64,000 nucleotides of DNA from an uncultured Chthonomonadaceae bacterium (lineage in GTDB: Bacteria; Armatimonadota; Chthonomonadetes; Chthonomonadales; Chthonomonadaceae): contig CAWFQB010000001.1 of the NCBI GenBank assembly GCA_963817895.1, forward strand, positions 608,001 through 672,000. Direction: 5' to 3'. The position numbers were made by a program, and so were the translations under genes. Positions 52,455-61,898 of the stretch are shown piece after piece (positions within the stretch are counted from its first letter, which is position 1; the number at the start of each line of letters is the position of its first letter). Under the pieces are notes generated by a model that worked only from the letters and a program-made list of their open reading frames with translations, did not search any database and was not told the origin of the DNA.

Positions 52455-53654
52455 ATGATGAATGCAAACATCCTGGATACTATCAATCCACGCGAACTCG
52501 GCAAGCAGTTGCAGGAAGCGCGTCGCAGAGCAGGGCTGACCCAGGACGACGCTGCAAAGGTCATTGACGTTTCACGCACGACAATCATTGCCATTGAAAA
52601 AGGGGAGCGTCGCGTCAAGGCAGGCGAATTAATCAAGTTGGCGCAGTCGTTCGGACGGTCGGCAGCGGATTTTGTCCGTTCGCGTCCGCAGGTTGAAGCG
52701 TTTCAGCCGCAGTTTCGCGGCCCCTACTTGCGCACTCTTGAAGATGATGCCGAGATTGCGCCTAAGATAGATGAGTTTGAAGACTTATGCAGGGATTATC
52801 TGGAACTGGAACAGATCACGAACTCGCCTCTTAGCCGCAAGTATCCCCCGGAATACAGCATTACGCACCTTCCGATTGAGGAAGTAGCCGAGGACGTTGC
52901 AAACGAAGAACGCTACCGATTAAGATTGGGGGATGGCCCTATTCAGAACCTGCGGGATGTGTTGGAGCAGGAGGTTGGGCTGCGCATCTTCTATCTGGCT
53001 TTACCATCCAAATTTTCTGCAATGTATGCCTACACCGAAGAAACCGGGGCTTGCATCGCGGTGAATAGCCAGCACCCTATAGAACGGCGGCGCATGTCAT
53101 TGACACACGACTACAGCCACTTTCTGGCAAGTCGCTTCAAGCCGGTTATTTTCATTGAAGATCGTTATCAACGCCTGCCGGCAAGCGAGCGGTTCGCCGG
53201 CGCGTTTGCGCCCGCTTTTCTCATGCCCGCTGAAGGATTGACAAGGCGCTTTAATGATGTTAAAAAGGCGCAGGGGAATGTCACACTGGCGGATTTGCTG
53301 CGGATGGCGCACTACTACGGAGTTTCGTTCGAGGCTTTTACAAATCGGCTGGAAGATTTGAAACTGTTGCCTGTCGGCAAAGGCAAGAGTTTGAAAGATG
53401 GCGGCTTGCAAGTGCGCAAAGCACAACAGCAGCTTGGCCTTGATGCTGTTCCTGCTCTGGAGGACCTCCTCCCATTGCGCTATCAGTACCTTGCCTGCGA
53501 AGCTTATAAGCAAGGGCTGATTTCAGAAGGCAGGCTCGCCAAATTCCTGAAAGTAGATCGCCTTGAAGCGCGGCGAATAACGGAAGCGCTTGAAGAGAGG
53601 CAGGATGCGCCGATTTCGGATGATATACTTTCGCCTGTAATGACTCATAAGTAA
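52455..53654 (+). CDS. XRE HTH + ImmA/IrrE (M78) metallopeptidase-like protein
   Basis: LQEARRRAGLTQDDAA...IEKGER; RRRMSLTHDYSH; ERFAGAFAPAFLMP; YGVS. Confidence 0.9.
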   Translation: MMNANILDTINPRELGKQLQEARRRAGLTQDDAAKVIDVSRTTIIAIEKGERRVKAGELIKLAQSFGRSAADFVRSRPQVEAFQPQFRGPYLRTLEDDAEIAPKIDEFEDLCRDYLELEQITNSPLSRKYPPEYSITHLPIEEVAEDVANEERYRLRLGDGPIQNLRDVLEQEVGLRIFYLALPSKFSAMYAYTEETGACIAVNSQHPIERRRMSLTHDYSHFLASRFKPVIFIEDRYQRLPASERFAGAFAPAFLMPAEGLTRRFNDVKKAQGNVTLADLLRMAHYYGVSFEAFTNRLEDLKLLPVGKGKSLKDGGLQVRKAQQQLGLDAVPALEDLLPLRYQYLACEAYKQGLISEGRLAKFLKVDRLEARRITEALEERQDAPISDDILSPVMTHK

Positions 53655-53671
53655 GCGTCAGGAGTAAACAG

Positions 53672-54199
53672 TTGCCAACCGACGTTGTTTTTCGCCACAA
53701 CTGCACCATCCTTGACGCTTGCTGTTCCATTAACTTGCACGAGTCGGGCTACTTCGGTGACATCCTCACAAGCATGTCCACGCGCATCGCCATCGCAGAT
53801 TACGTGTTGAACATCGAACTGAAATCAATCAACCTGTTTTCTCTGACCCTGCTGAACTGGTTAGAAGTTGCTACGCTTGACACCGAGAACGAAGAAGAAG
53901 ATGCTCTCCATTTTATGACAGACCCCTTTATGGATGATGGCGAGGCAATTACCGGGGCAATCGCCCTAAATCGCAACTGGGCAATTGCTACGGATGAAGC
54001 GGCAGCTTCTGCGTTTTTCGAGCAGCGGACACCTCAATTACAGATTCTATCCACTCCCGAACTCATCAAGTATTGGGTGGATATTGCAACTCCATCGCCG
54101 GAGGATGTTCGTACAGCTTTACAGAATGTGGAAGTGAAAGGCAGATACAGGCCGCATAGAACACACCGTTTGTACTCCTGGTGGCAGGCGAACAAGTAA
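53672..54199 (+). CDS. PIN-like domain protein
   Basis: ILDACCSINL, MDDGEA, AIATDEAAA, STPELI. Confidence 0.75.
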   Translation: MPTDVVFRHNCTILDACCSINLHESGYFGDILTSMSTRIAIADYVLNIELKSINLFSLTLLNWLEVATLDTENEEEDALHFMTDPFMDDGEAITGAIALNRNWAIATDEAAASAFFEQRTPQLQILSTPELIKYWVDIATPSPEDVRTALQNVEVKGRYRPHRTHRLYSWWQANK

Positions 54200-54241
54200 G
54201 CTGCTTATTCAGCAAAGCAAGGGCATTGCACATTCATTGAC

Positions 54242-54276
54242 ACAGCCGCCGCGCTCATGAAGAACGCGGCGGCTGT
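54242..54276. terminator. Terminator hairpin between convergent operons
   Basis: acagccgccgcg...cgcggcggctgt. Confidence 0.75.
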
Positions 54277-54306
54277 ATAGCAAGAACCAAAGCAACAAGC
54301 GAACGT

Positions 54307-55131
54307 CTATTTACCCGCCTTGACGGTTTGGGTGATGACGGTAGTTTGCTCGTTGGGGACGCTGTTGAAGGGCTTTTTGGTATCCTTCTTCAAGATACCG
54401 ATGGAACGCAAGAGGCCGCTGATCGGATCGAAGTAATCGTCCACCACGCGCTCTTTGAGTGGAATGATGGCGTTGTCCGTGATGTGGATGTGTTCCGGGC
54501 AGACTTCCGTGCAGCATTTCGTGATGTTGCACATGCCCACGCCGCCCTCGCCCTTTAATTGCTGGCGGCGATTCAGGTCGTCGAGCGGGTGCATTTCCAG
54601 AGCGGCAATGCGAACCATCTGGCGCGGGCCGAAGAAAGCGTCCTTGCGGTCATGTTCGCGCAGAACGTGGCACACGTCCTGACACAGAAAGCACTCGATG
54701 CACTTGCGGAATTCCTGTATCCGCTCCACATCTATCTGCTGCATCTCGAACGGCTTGCCCGCCACATCGGCGCGGGGCTGAAGCGGCGGGATTTTCGTCG
54801 CGACCCGATAGTTCCACGATACGTCTGTGACCAAATCTTTCAGCAGGGGAAACGCCCGCATCGGCCCGACATTGATCGTGCCGCCCGCGAACTCCGGCTC
54901 TTCCACGCGGGTTTTGCACAGCAGGCGCGGCTTGCCGTCAATCTCCGCGCTGCACGAGCCGCATTTCGCCGCCTTGCAGTTCCACCGACAGGCCAGCGTG
55001 GTATCCAGATGCCGCTGTATGTAATGAATCGCGTCCAGCACCACCATGCCCGGCTCGGTCGGCACACTGTACGAAACCATGTCGCCGCCATTGACATCGC
55101 CGCGAAACACGCGCAAAGTTATGTTGTTCAA
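54307..55131 (-). CDS. sdhB: Succinate dehydrogenase/fumarate reductase Fe-S subunit
   Basis: CKAAKCGSC, CIECFLCQDVC, CNITKCCTEVCP. Confidence 0.93.
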   Translation of the reverse strand: MNNITLRVFRGDVNGGDMVSYSVPTEPGMVVLDAIHYIQRHLDTTLACRWNCKAAKCGSCSAEIDGKPRLLCKTRVEEPEFAGGTINVGPMRAFPLLKDLVTDVSWNYRVATKIPPLQPRADVAGKPFEMQQIDVERIQEFRKCIECFLCQDVCHVLREHDRKDAFFGPRQMVRIAALEMHPLDDLNRRQQLKGEGGVGMCNITKCCTEVCPEHIHITDNAIIPLKERVVDDYFDPISGLLRSIGILKKDTKKPFNSVPNEQTTVITQTVKAGK

Positions 55132-55153
55132 ATCAGCCTCCTGCGGAGGGGCT

Positions 55154-55265
55154 AGATACGAGATACGAGATGCGAGATACGAGTAATCATGCTGGTTTGT
55201 ACTGTGGCGCGTTCTTGAATATTAGCAGACACTACTCGTATCTCGTATCTCGTATCTCGTATCTA
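55154..55265. repeat. Inverted pair of heptamer arrays (AGATACG)n / (CGTATCT)n
   Basis: About 4 copies on each arm between sdhA and sdhB. Confidence 0.9.
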
Positions 55266-55270
55266 AACTC

Positions 55271-57091
55271 CTACTTTCCATACTCATCAATCAACGCCTG
55301 CAAATGGGCGGGCATCGGGGGGAGGGGACGCGCTTCGATGTTCACGTGGTCGCCCCGTTTCGTCGCGATTAGATTGTGCTTGCCCCAGTGGGCGACATCA
55401 GCCTTCATATAGTCCAGACGCCATTGCGCCCCCCGGCTCTCCTTGCGTTCGAGGGCGCAGCGGACAATCACTTCCGAGGCTGTCAGCATGGAGTGCAGGT
55501 CGCGGGCCGCATGCCAGCCGGGATTGTAATAGCGGTCGCCCTCGATGTGCAGATTCTGGGCGCGTTTTTGCAGCGATTGTATTTTCTCCAGCGCGTGCAG
55601 CAATCCCTGTTCCGTCCGCGCGATCATCGCGTTCTGCTGCATCTCTTCCTGAAGTTCCTGATGCACCACATACGGATTTTCGCCCGTCTTGCTTTCCAGC
55701 GGAATCAGCAGGGTATCTATTTCGGCTTCCAGTTGTTCCGCGTCAATATTGCCCTGCGGATGCGAACGGGCGAACGCGGCTGCGGCTTCTCCAGCCCGCT
55801 TGCCGAACACCATGATATCCGAAAGCGAATTGCCGCCCAATCGGTTCGCGCCGTGCAGTCCCGCCGCCACTTCGCCCGCCGCATACAGGCCGGGAACCGT
55901 ACTGGCCGCCGTTTCCGGGTCCGCCGCCACGCCGCCCATCGTGTAGTGGATCGTCGGGTACACTTCCATCGCCTCTTTGGTGATGTCAATGCCGCCGAGC
56001 GCGTGGAACTGCTCGTACATGGAGGGTAATTTGCGCTTGATGTAATCCGCGCCCCGGTGCGTCACATCCAGAAACACGCCCTTGTGCGGACTGCCCCGCC
56101 CCGCTTCCACTTCTTTATAGATACAGCGGGCAACTTCGTCGCGCGGCAGCAGTTCCGGCGGTTTGCGGTTGTTCTGTTTGTCTTCCAGCCAGCGCTCACC
56201 CTCTTCCGGCGTGTCCGCGAACTGTCCCTTGTACCGCTCAGGCATGTATTCGGGGTTGAACATGAACCGCTCGCCCTTGTTATTCTTTAGAACGCCGCCC
56301 TCGCCCCGGACGCCCTCCGTGACCAGAATACCGCGCATCCCGTTGGGATAAATCATGCCAGTCGGGTGGAACTGGATCATCTCCATGTCCTGCAATTCCG
56401 CGCCCGCTTCATACGCCATCATCACGCCGTCGCCCGTACCCTCCCACGAGTTGGACGTGTACATGAACATGCGGCCCCAGCCGCCCGTCGCAAGCACAAT
56501 GGATTTGGCCTTGAACAGCACGAACTTGCCGGTTTCACGGTAATAGCCGAACGCGCCCACAACCCGGTCGCCCTCTTTGAGCAAACGAGTCAGCGTGACT
56601 TCCATGTGAACGCTCATGCCCACGCCAACGGCTTTGTCCTGCAGGGTGCGAATCAGTTCCAGGCCCGTGCGGTCGCCGACATGGTTCAGGCGGCGAAAGC
56701 TATGCCCGCCAAACGGACGCTCGGCAATCAAGCCTTCGGGCGTCCGGTCGAAAACCGCTCCATACTGCTCCAATTCCAGCACGCGCTCCGGGGCTTCGCG
56801 CGCGAAAATCTCTACAGTACGCGGGTTGTTGAGATACGCGCCGCCCTTCATCGTGTCCAAAAAGTGGACTTTCCAGCTATCGGGTTCCTTGCTGCCGTCG
56901 GGGTTCGCCATGTTGCCCAGCGCAGCCGCCACGCCGCCCTCGGCCATGACCGTATGCGCCTTACCCAACAGCGATTTCATCACCACGCCGACCGTACATC
57001 CGGCTTCACGGGCGGCAATCACGGCCCGCAATCCCGCGCCGCCCGCCCCGATGACCAGCACATCATATTCAAACGTATCGTAAGATTCCAT
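55271..57091 (-). CDS. sdhA: Succinate dehydrogenase/fumarate reductase flavoprotein subunit
   Basis: GAGGAG, AHTVMAEGG, QFHPTG, TEGVRGEGG, HYTMGG, HGANRLGGNSL, ESRG. Confidence 0.95.
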   Translation of the reverse strand: MESYDTFEYDVLVIGAGGAGLRAVIAAREAGCTVGVVMKSLLGKAHTVMAEGGVAAALGNMANPDGSKEPDSWKVHFLDTMKGGAYLNNPRTVEIFAREAPERVLELEQYGAVFDRTPEGLIAERPFGGHSFRRLNHVGDRTGLELIRTLQDKAVGVGMSVHMEVTLTRLLKEGDRVVGAFGYYRETGKFVLFKAKSIVLATGGWGRMFMYTSNSWEGTGDGVMMAYEAGAELQDMEMIQFHPTGMIYPNGMRGILVTEGVRGEGGVLKNNKGERFMFNPEYMPERYKGQFADTPEEGERWLEDKQNNRKPPELLPRDEVARCIYKEVEAGRGSPHKGVFLDVTHRGADYIKRKLPSMYEQFHALGGIDITKEAMEVYPTIHYTMGGVAADPETAASTVPGLYAAGEVAAGLHGANRLGGNSLSDIMVFGKRAGEAAAAFARSHPQGNIDAEQLEAEIDTLLIPLESKTGENPYVVHQELQEEMQQNAMIARTEQGLLHALEKIQSLQKRAQNLHIEGDRYYNPGWHAARDLHSMLTASEVIVRCALERKESRGAQWRLDYMKADVAHWGKHNLIATKRGDHVNIEARPLPPMPAHLQALIDEYGK

Positions 57092-57357
57092 AAGAGACTG
57101 CCCTGCAAGCGTACAAACGGAAAGAGAATTTAGCCGCGAATAAACGCGAATGAACGCGAATGGAGTACCTGTATATCATAGCACATCGGCGCGTAATCGC
57201 AAAGTGATAATTTTGGATAGAAATTAGAAGTAGGGCTAATAAGTTGTTCATGGAGAGGAAATACCTCCGCCTGTGCAGAAGAGTACGCCAACTGCATTGC
57301 AGCGCTATTCTCCTGAAATCAATACCGTTCCATTGAGGCAATCTTCACCTTAAAAAG

Positions 57358-57440
57358 AGCGTTCGTAGGGACACAACTTGTTGTGTCCTCCTCCGGTAGA
57401 GGTGAGCGCGGACACAACAAGTTGTGTCCCTACGAACGCT
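57358..57440. repeat. REP/REPIN-like inverted doublet (GTAGGGACACAAC...)
   Basis: 31-bp perfect inverted repeat; a single copy also at 15192-15217. Confidence 0.85.
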
Positions 57441-57491
57441 TATTGGAACGGTATTGCTCCTAAAACTGGAAACAAGAGGTTATTCACCATT

Positions 57492-59051
57492 ATGAGCGAT
57501 AATTCTAATTTGCAGGATCGCCGGACGTTTTTGCAGGGCGTGGCCGCCAGTGTTGCGGTGTGCGCCGTAGGAGAGATTACAATGGATACACCCGCGCTTG
57601 CGACGGATAGCACTGGCAAACTGCCCCGCGTTCGATTGGAAGCGGCAGGGATCGCGCCCGCCGCCCTGTCCGCCTTTGTGGATGCGGTGAACGCGAAAGT
57701 CGGTGGACTGCACAGCCTGATGCTGCTGCGGCACGGCAAAGTGGCGGCGGAAGCGTGGTGGCAGCCGTATGCGCCCGCGTATCCGCACATGCTGTACTCG
57801 TTGAGCAAGAGTTTCACAAGTACGGCGGTCGGGCTTGCCGTAAGCGAAAAACTTTTCAGCGTGGAAGACAGAATAATGAATTTCTTCCCGGACCAACTGC
57901 CCGCGTCTATCAGCGATAACCTTGCCGCCATGCAGGTAAAGCATCTGCTTACCATGAACACGGGACACGACACGGATGCGACTGGGCCGACAACTGCGCA
58001 GCCGGAGGGGGATTGGGTACGCGGGTTCCTTGCCCTGCCGGTAGAACACGCGCCGGGTTCCAAATTCGTTTACAACAGCGCGGCCACGTATATGCTGTCC
58101 GCCATTGTGCAGAAGACTACCGGCAAAACCGTACTGGAATATCTGACGTCGCGCCTGTTCGTTCCGCTCGGCATTGAGCATCCGACGTGGGAAACGTGTC
58201 CCAAAGGCATCAACACGGGCGGATGGGGTTTGAGCGTGAAAACCGAAGATATTGCCCGCTTCGGCCAAATGTATCTGCAAAAAGGACAGTGGAACGGGCG
58301 GCAGGTCGTGCCTGCAAAATGGGTAGAACAGGCGACAAACAAGCAGGTCCCCAACGGCGACCCGAACGCGGCAAGCGATTGGAGTCAGGGGTACGGCTAC
58401 CAGTTCTGGCGGTGTCGGCACAACGCATTCCGTGGAGATGGGGCGTTCGGCCAGTATTGCGTGGTGATGCCCGATCATGACGCCGTTCTTGCCATCACGA
58501 GCGGCGTGGGCGATATGCAGGCCATTCTGAACGCGGTATGGGATCATCTGTTGCCCGCGATGCAGCCCAAGCCCCTACCGCAAAGCAGCGAGGACAAAGA
58601 TTTGGCGCGTAAACTGAAAGCGCTTGAGATTCCGGTTCCGCCGGGACAGACGACATCCCCCACAGCCGCCCGCATCTCCGGCAAAACGTTCCGGTTTGTG
58701 GACAATCCGCAGAAAATGGAGGCTGTTACGCTCACGTTCGACGCGGAGGGTTGCCATCTGACATTGCGGGATGCAAAGGGCGAACAGCGCATTACGTGCG
58801 GGAGCAGTCAATGGGTGAAGGGAACCGCCCGTCTGGAGGGCGTTCTTTCCAGCAAAATCATCAACAAAGTGGCGGGGCGGGGTACATGGACGCGCGACAA
58901 CACCTACGAGGCGACGCTGTGTTTCTATGAAACGCCCTATACGCAAACCGTCCTTTGCGCGTTTGAGGGCGATCAGGTGACGCTGACCGTTCGCCGTAAT
59001 GTCGGTTTCGGGCCGACCGCGCTGCCGCCACTGGTGGGACATTCTGCTTGA
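57492..59051 (+). CDS. Serine hydrolase / class C beta-lactamase family, Tat-exported
   Basis: DRRTFL; YSLSKS, HLLTM, FVYNS, GYGYQFW, GAFGQ. Confidence 0.9.
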   Translation: MSDNSNLQDRRTFLQGVAASVAVCAVGEITMDTPALATDSTGKLPRVRLEAAGIAPAALSAFVDAVNAKVGGLHSLMLLRHGKVAAEAWWQPYAPAYPHMLYSLSKSFTSTAVGLAVSEKLFSVEDRIMNFFPDQLPASISDNLAAMQVKHLLTMNTGHDTDATGPTTAQPEGDWVRGFLALPVEHAPGSKFVYNSAATYMLSAIVQKTTGKTVLEYLTSRLFVPLGIEHPTWETCPKGINTGGWGLSVKTEDIARFGQMYLQKGQWNGRQVVPAKWVEQATNKQVPNGDPNAASDWSQGYGYQFWRCRHNAFRGDGAFGQYCVVMPDHDAVLAITSGVGDMQAILNAVWDHLLPAMQPKPLPQSSEDKDLARKLKALEIPVPPGQTTSPTAARISGKTFRFVDNPQKMEAVTLTFDAEGCHLTLRDAKGEQRITCGSSQWVKGTARLEGVLSSKIINKVAGRGTWTRDNTYEATLCFYETPYTQTVLCAFEGDQVTLTVRRNVGFGPTALPPLVGHSA

Positions 59052-59118
59052 CTTCTATGCCGTTGATTTCTATATCTGTCACTTTGATACCAATAGCGCG
59101 TGAGTAGTTCGTATTGTA

Positions 59119-59298
59119 CTACTCCGTCAAGGGTGAACAGTAGGTAGGGGCGCTGCTTGCTGCGCCCAATATGGCGGATTGCTGCATCTTGGTTGAGGAG
59201 GGTTCATCTCCTGTTGTGAGGAGGGTTCAGCCTTTAAAGGAGGGTTCAGCAAGCAGAACCCCTACAACGTATCCTGCCATTCTACCTTGACGAAGTAG
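59119..59298. repeat. 180-bp MITE/REPIN-like element
   Basis: 13/14 terminal IR CTACTCCGTCAAGG; inner GTAGGGG...CCCCTAC REP pair; three AGGAGGGTTCA copies. Confidence 0.7.
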
Positions 59299-59330
59299 AG
59301 TGTTCTGATTTACAGGGAAAAAGTTGGTCA

Positions 59331-60038
59331 ATGAAATTTTGGAACATCGTTGTATTATTCGGTGGCTTGCTGACGGTGTGGCTGCAATGCCCCGGCGAGG
59401 GCAGGCAGACAGATTTTATCGATCAGTATCATCGCATTGTTGGAGTAAGGACACCGATACGTCTGCGTGAAATTGTGCCTGGTGTTCGACTGTATGCCGC
59501 GAACGTCTACTGGAATGAATATATAGAGCATACCGGCACTTACCGACGCCTGATACTTGACCGGGGTGGCAGGAAGCAGATCATCACAGACCTGAACCAA
59601 CTGCGCGGCAGTATTAGAATAAGAGATGAACGATCCGCGCTAGGCTATGCCCGGTTGCGCGCGACCCCAAAAACGTTCACTATGTTCAGGCCGTTAGAGG
59701 TCGAGATCATCCCCTACCGCGAACTTGCTCAGATGCCCTCCTACGGTTTGAAAACTGCCGGGAACTTCGAAAGCGACTACCGTGGCAATCCAGGGACTCT
59801 TTCCAATCACCAGTATCGCATCGGAAAGTTTACGCCGCCTCGTGTTCGGCGGATAGCTCAGGGCTTTGTCATCCAACGCTGGACCTACTCGAATGAAGAG
59901 GGGATCTGCTATGTGCAGGAGTTCGTTGGCAAAGATGGAGCCTATAGCCGTCGCGCCCTGAAGAAGGATATGCAGCAGATTCAGAAGAGTTTGCCGGATG
60001 TACAATGGGAACTGCCCGACCCCTTTGGAGTGGAGTAG
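59331..60038 (+). CDS. Hypothetical secreted protein
   Basis: N-terminal hydrophobic signal; 235-aa ORF. Confidence 0.55.
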   Translation: MKFWNIVVLFGGLLTVWLQCPGEGRQTDFIDQYHRIVGVRTPIRLREIVPGVRLYAANVYWNEYIEHTGTYRRLILDRGGRKQIITDLNQLRGSIRIRDERSALGYARLRATPKTFTMFRPLEVEIIPYRELAQMPSYGLKTAGNFESDYRGNPGTLSNHQYRIGKFTPPRVRRIAQGFVIQRWTYSNEEGICYVQEFVGKDGAYSRRALKKDMQQIQKSLPDVQWELPDPFGVE

Positions 60039-60146
60039 GAGAGTACGATACCGCAACATTCGAGGTTTCCAGTAAGGAGGCCGCTCTGCGCTATGCCCGA
60101 CTGCGTACCACCCGAGTATCACACTGATTTTGCGTGGAGTTTTGCC

Positions 60147-61898
60147 ATGTCTGCTGTTCACTACCGCCACCTTTGTAGTTTGTGGATTGCTCTCATTTTC
60201 TTTCCGGCAGCAACTGTCGGAGCGCGGCAGGCCACGTCGCCAAAGCCCGTTACGCCTGCCTACGCTATCACTGAACTGCAAACGCTCGGTACAACCGGCC
60301 TGCAAATGCGCGACACAAGCAGCCTGAAAACGCTCGACCCAACCAGTGAAGCCAATGCCATCAACAACAGGGGGCAAATCGTCGGCTGGACACAAAACGT
60401 ACTCAACCACCACCGCGCTGTTTTGTGGGAAAACGGCGTGGCAATTGCTACCCTGGGAACATTGGGCGGCGCGAGCAGCGAAGCCCTGGCTCTTAACGAC
60501 AACGGCCAGGTTGTCGGCAGGGCGGCCACTGCGGACGGGAAATCCGTCGCGTTTGTGTGGCAGGATTATGTCATGCGGCGGTTAGCTCTGCCTGACAGCG
60601 GCGACAGCGCCGCCACCGGTACCAACGCCAGAGGGCAGATAGTCGGTTATCGCAGTGTCCGCCGCGTGGAAAAGGCAGGCAAGCCGCCGCGAACCCTGCC
60701 TTTTCCGCGCGCCTTTTTATGGCAGCAGGGCCGCATGACCGATTTGTACGAGGTCGGAACCGGCGGGTACAGTTCTGCCGCCGGGATCAATGCTGCGGGC
60801 GAAGTCGTCGGCGTGTCCGCGCCCGGCAACTTGAACAGTGGCGTTTTCGTGTGGACACAACCCGGCAAATGGTACTTCAGTGACTACGCGATTGTTGGAG
60901 GACACCGGGGCGCAGGCGGAAGCGCAATCAATGACGCGGGCGATGTTGTCGGCAGCGGAATGGTAGGAAACGACCGTCAGGATCGTATCCGGTTTCATGC
61001 GTTCCTGCAACCGAGAGGGGGCGCCATTGACCTGGGCGGGTTTGGCGAGGGCAGCAGTCGCGCTCTTGCGCTCAACAACAAAGGGCAAGTTGTCGGAACC
61101 GCCTTTGTGATGCAGGGAAACACCGAGCAGGGGCATCGCGCTTTTCTCTGGCAGAAGGGAATCCTGACCGATCTGAACGATGCCGTCAAAGCTCATTCCG
61201 GCTGGACGCTGAAAGAGGCGCGCGGTATCAATGACAGGGGGCAAATTGTCGGCGTCGGCGCTCACGGACATTGCCGCCGCGCTTTTCTGCTGACGCCCGT
61301 TCCCGCCGCTAATTCCACCCCTGCTCAGGCAGGAACATCTACGCCCCTGCCTGCCGCCAAAACGCCCAATGAAAGATTATATGAAGGCGCAAGCGGGGAC
61401 AACATCGGACTGATGCAGTCCGCCCTGCGTGATGGCGCGAACATCAACGCGCAGTTCGGCATTAAACGCGAATTTGCGCTGATGATAACGGCAAGAGGGA
61501 ACATGGTAGTGAACATGGAAGCATTCGCGTTTGTACTTCGTCAGCATCCTGACGTAAACCTGCGCGATGAGGCGGGGCGCACTGCCTTGAGCGGGCTGAT
61601 TGAAGACGCGGCCAACAGTTACTTTGAAGCTCACAATGACAACGAGAATGAGTTCCAACCGGAGTATATCCGGTTTCCCGACGAGAGGGTGATACGGCTG
61701 CTGATCAACAACGGCGCGAATGTCAACATCCCCGACATCAAAGGCAAAACTGCCTTGCAGTGGGCGCGAATACTTGTCGCCGAAAGTAAGAGCGACTGGA
61801 ACCACGAACAGGCAGAACATTTCGCCCGTCTGCTGCAAAACGCTGGCGCAAAACGTCGCCCTACGCTGGCTAAATCGGACAACCGGACATGGAACTGA
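60147..61898 (+). CDS. Secreted HAF-repeat beta-propeller fused to ankyrin repeats
   Basis: AINNRGQIVG/LGTLGG/RAFLW repeats, then GANIN/GRTAL/GKTAL ankyrins. Confidence 0.85.
   Translation: MSAVHYRHLCSLWIALIFFPAATVGARQATSPKPVTPAYAITELQTLGTTGLQMRDTSSLKTLDPTSEANAINNRGQIVGWTQNVLNHHRAVLWENGVAIATLGTLGGASSEALALNDNGQVVGRAATADGKSVAFVWQDYVMRRLALPDSGDSAATGTNARGQIVGYRSVRRVEKAGKPPRTLPFPRAFLWQQGRMTDLYEVGTGGYSSAAGINAAGEVVGVSAPGNLNSGVFVWTQPGKWYFSDYAIVGGHRGAGGSAINDAGDVVGSGMVGNDRQDRIRFHAFLQPRGGAIDLGGFGEGSSRALALNNKGQVVGTAFVMQGNTEQGHRAFLWQKGILTDLNDAVKAHSGWTLKEARGINDRGQIVGVGAHGHCRRAFLLTPVPAANSTPAQAGTSTPLPAAKTPNERLYEGASGDNIGLMQSALRDGANINAQFGIKREFALMITARGNMVVNMEAFAFVLRQHPDVNLRDEAGRTALSGLIEDAANSYFEAHNDNENEFQPEYIRFPDERVIRLLINNGANVNIPDIKGKTALQWARILVAESKSDWNHEQAEHFARLLQNAGAKRRPTLAKSDNRTWN

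Noticed and set aside
55154..55265. CRISPR array
   Set aside because: Units are 7 nt with no unique spacers; no cas genes or 25-45-nt repeats anywhere in the window.
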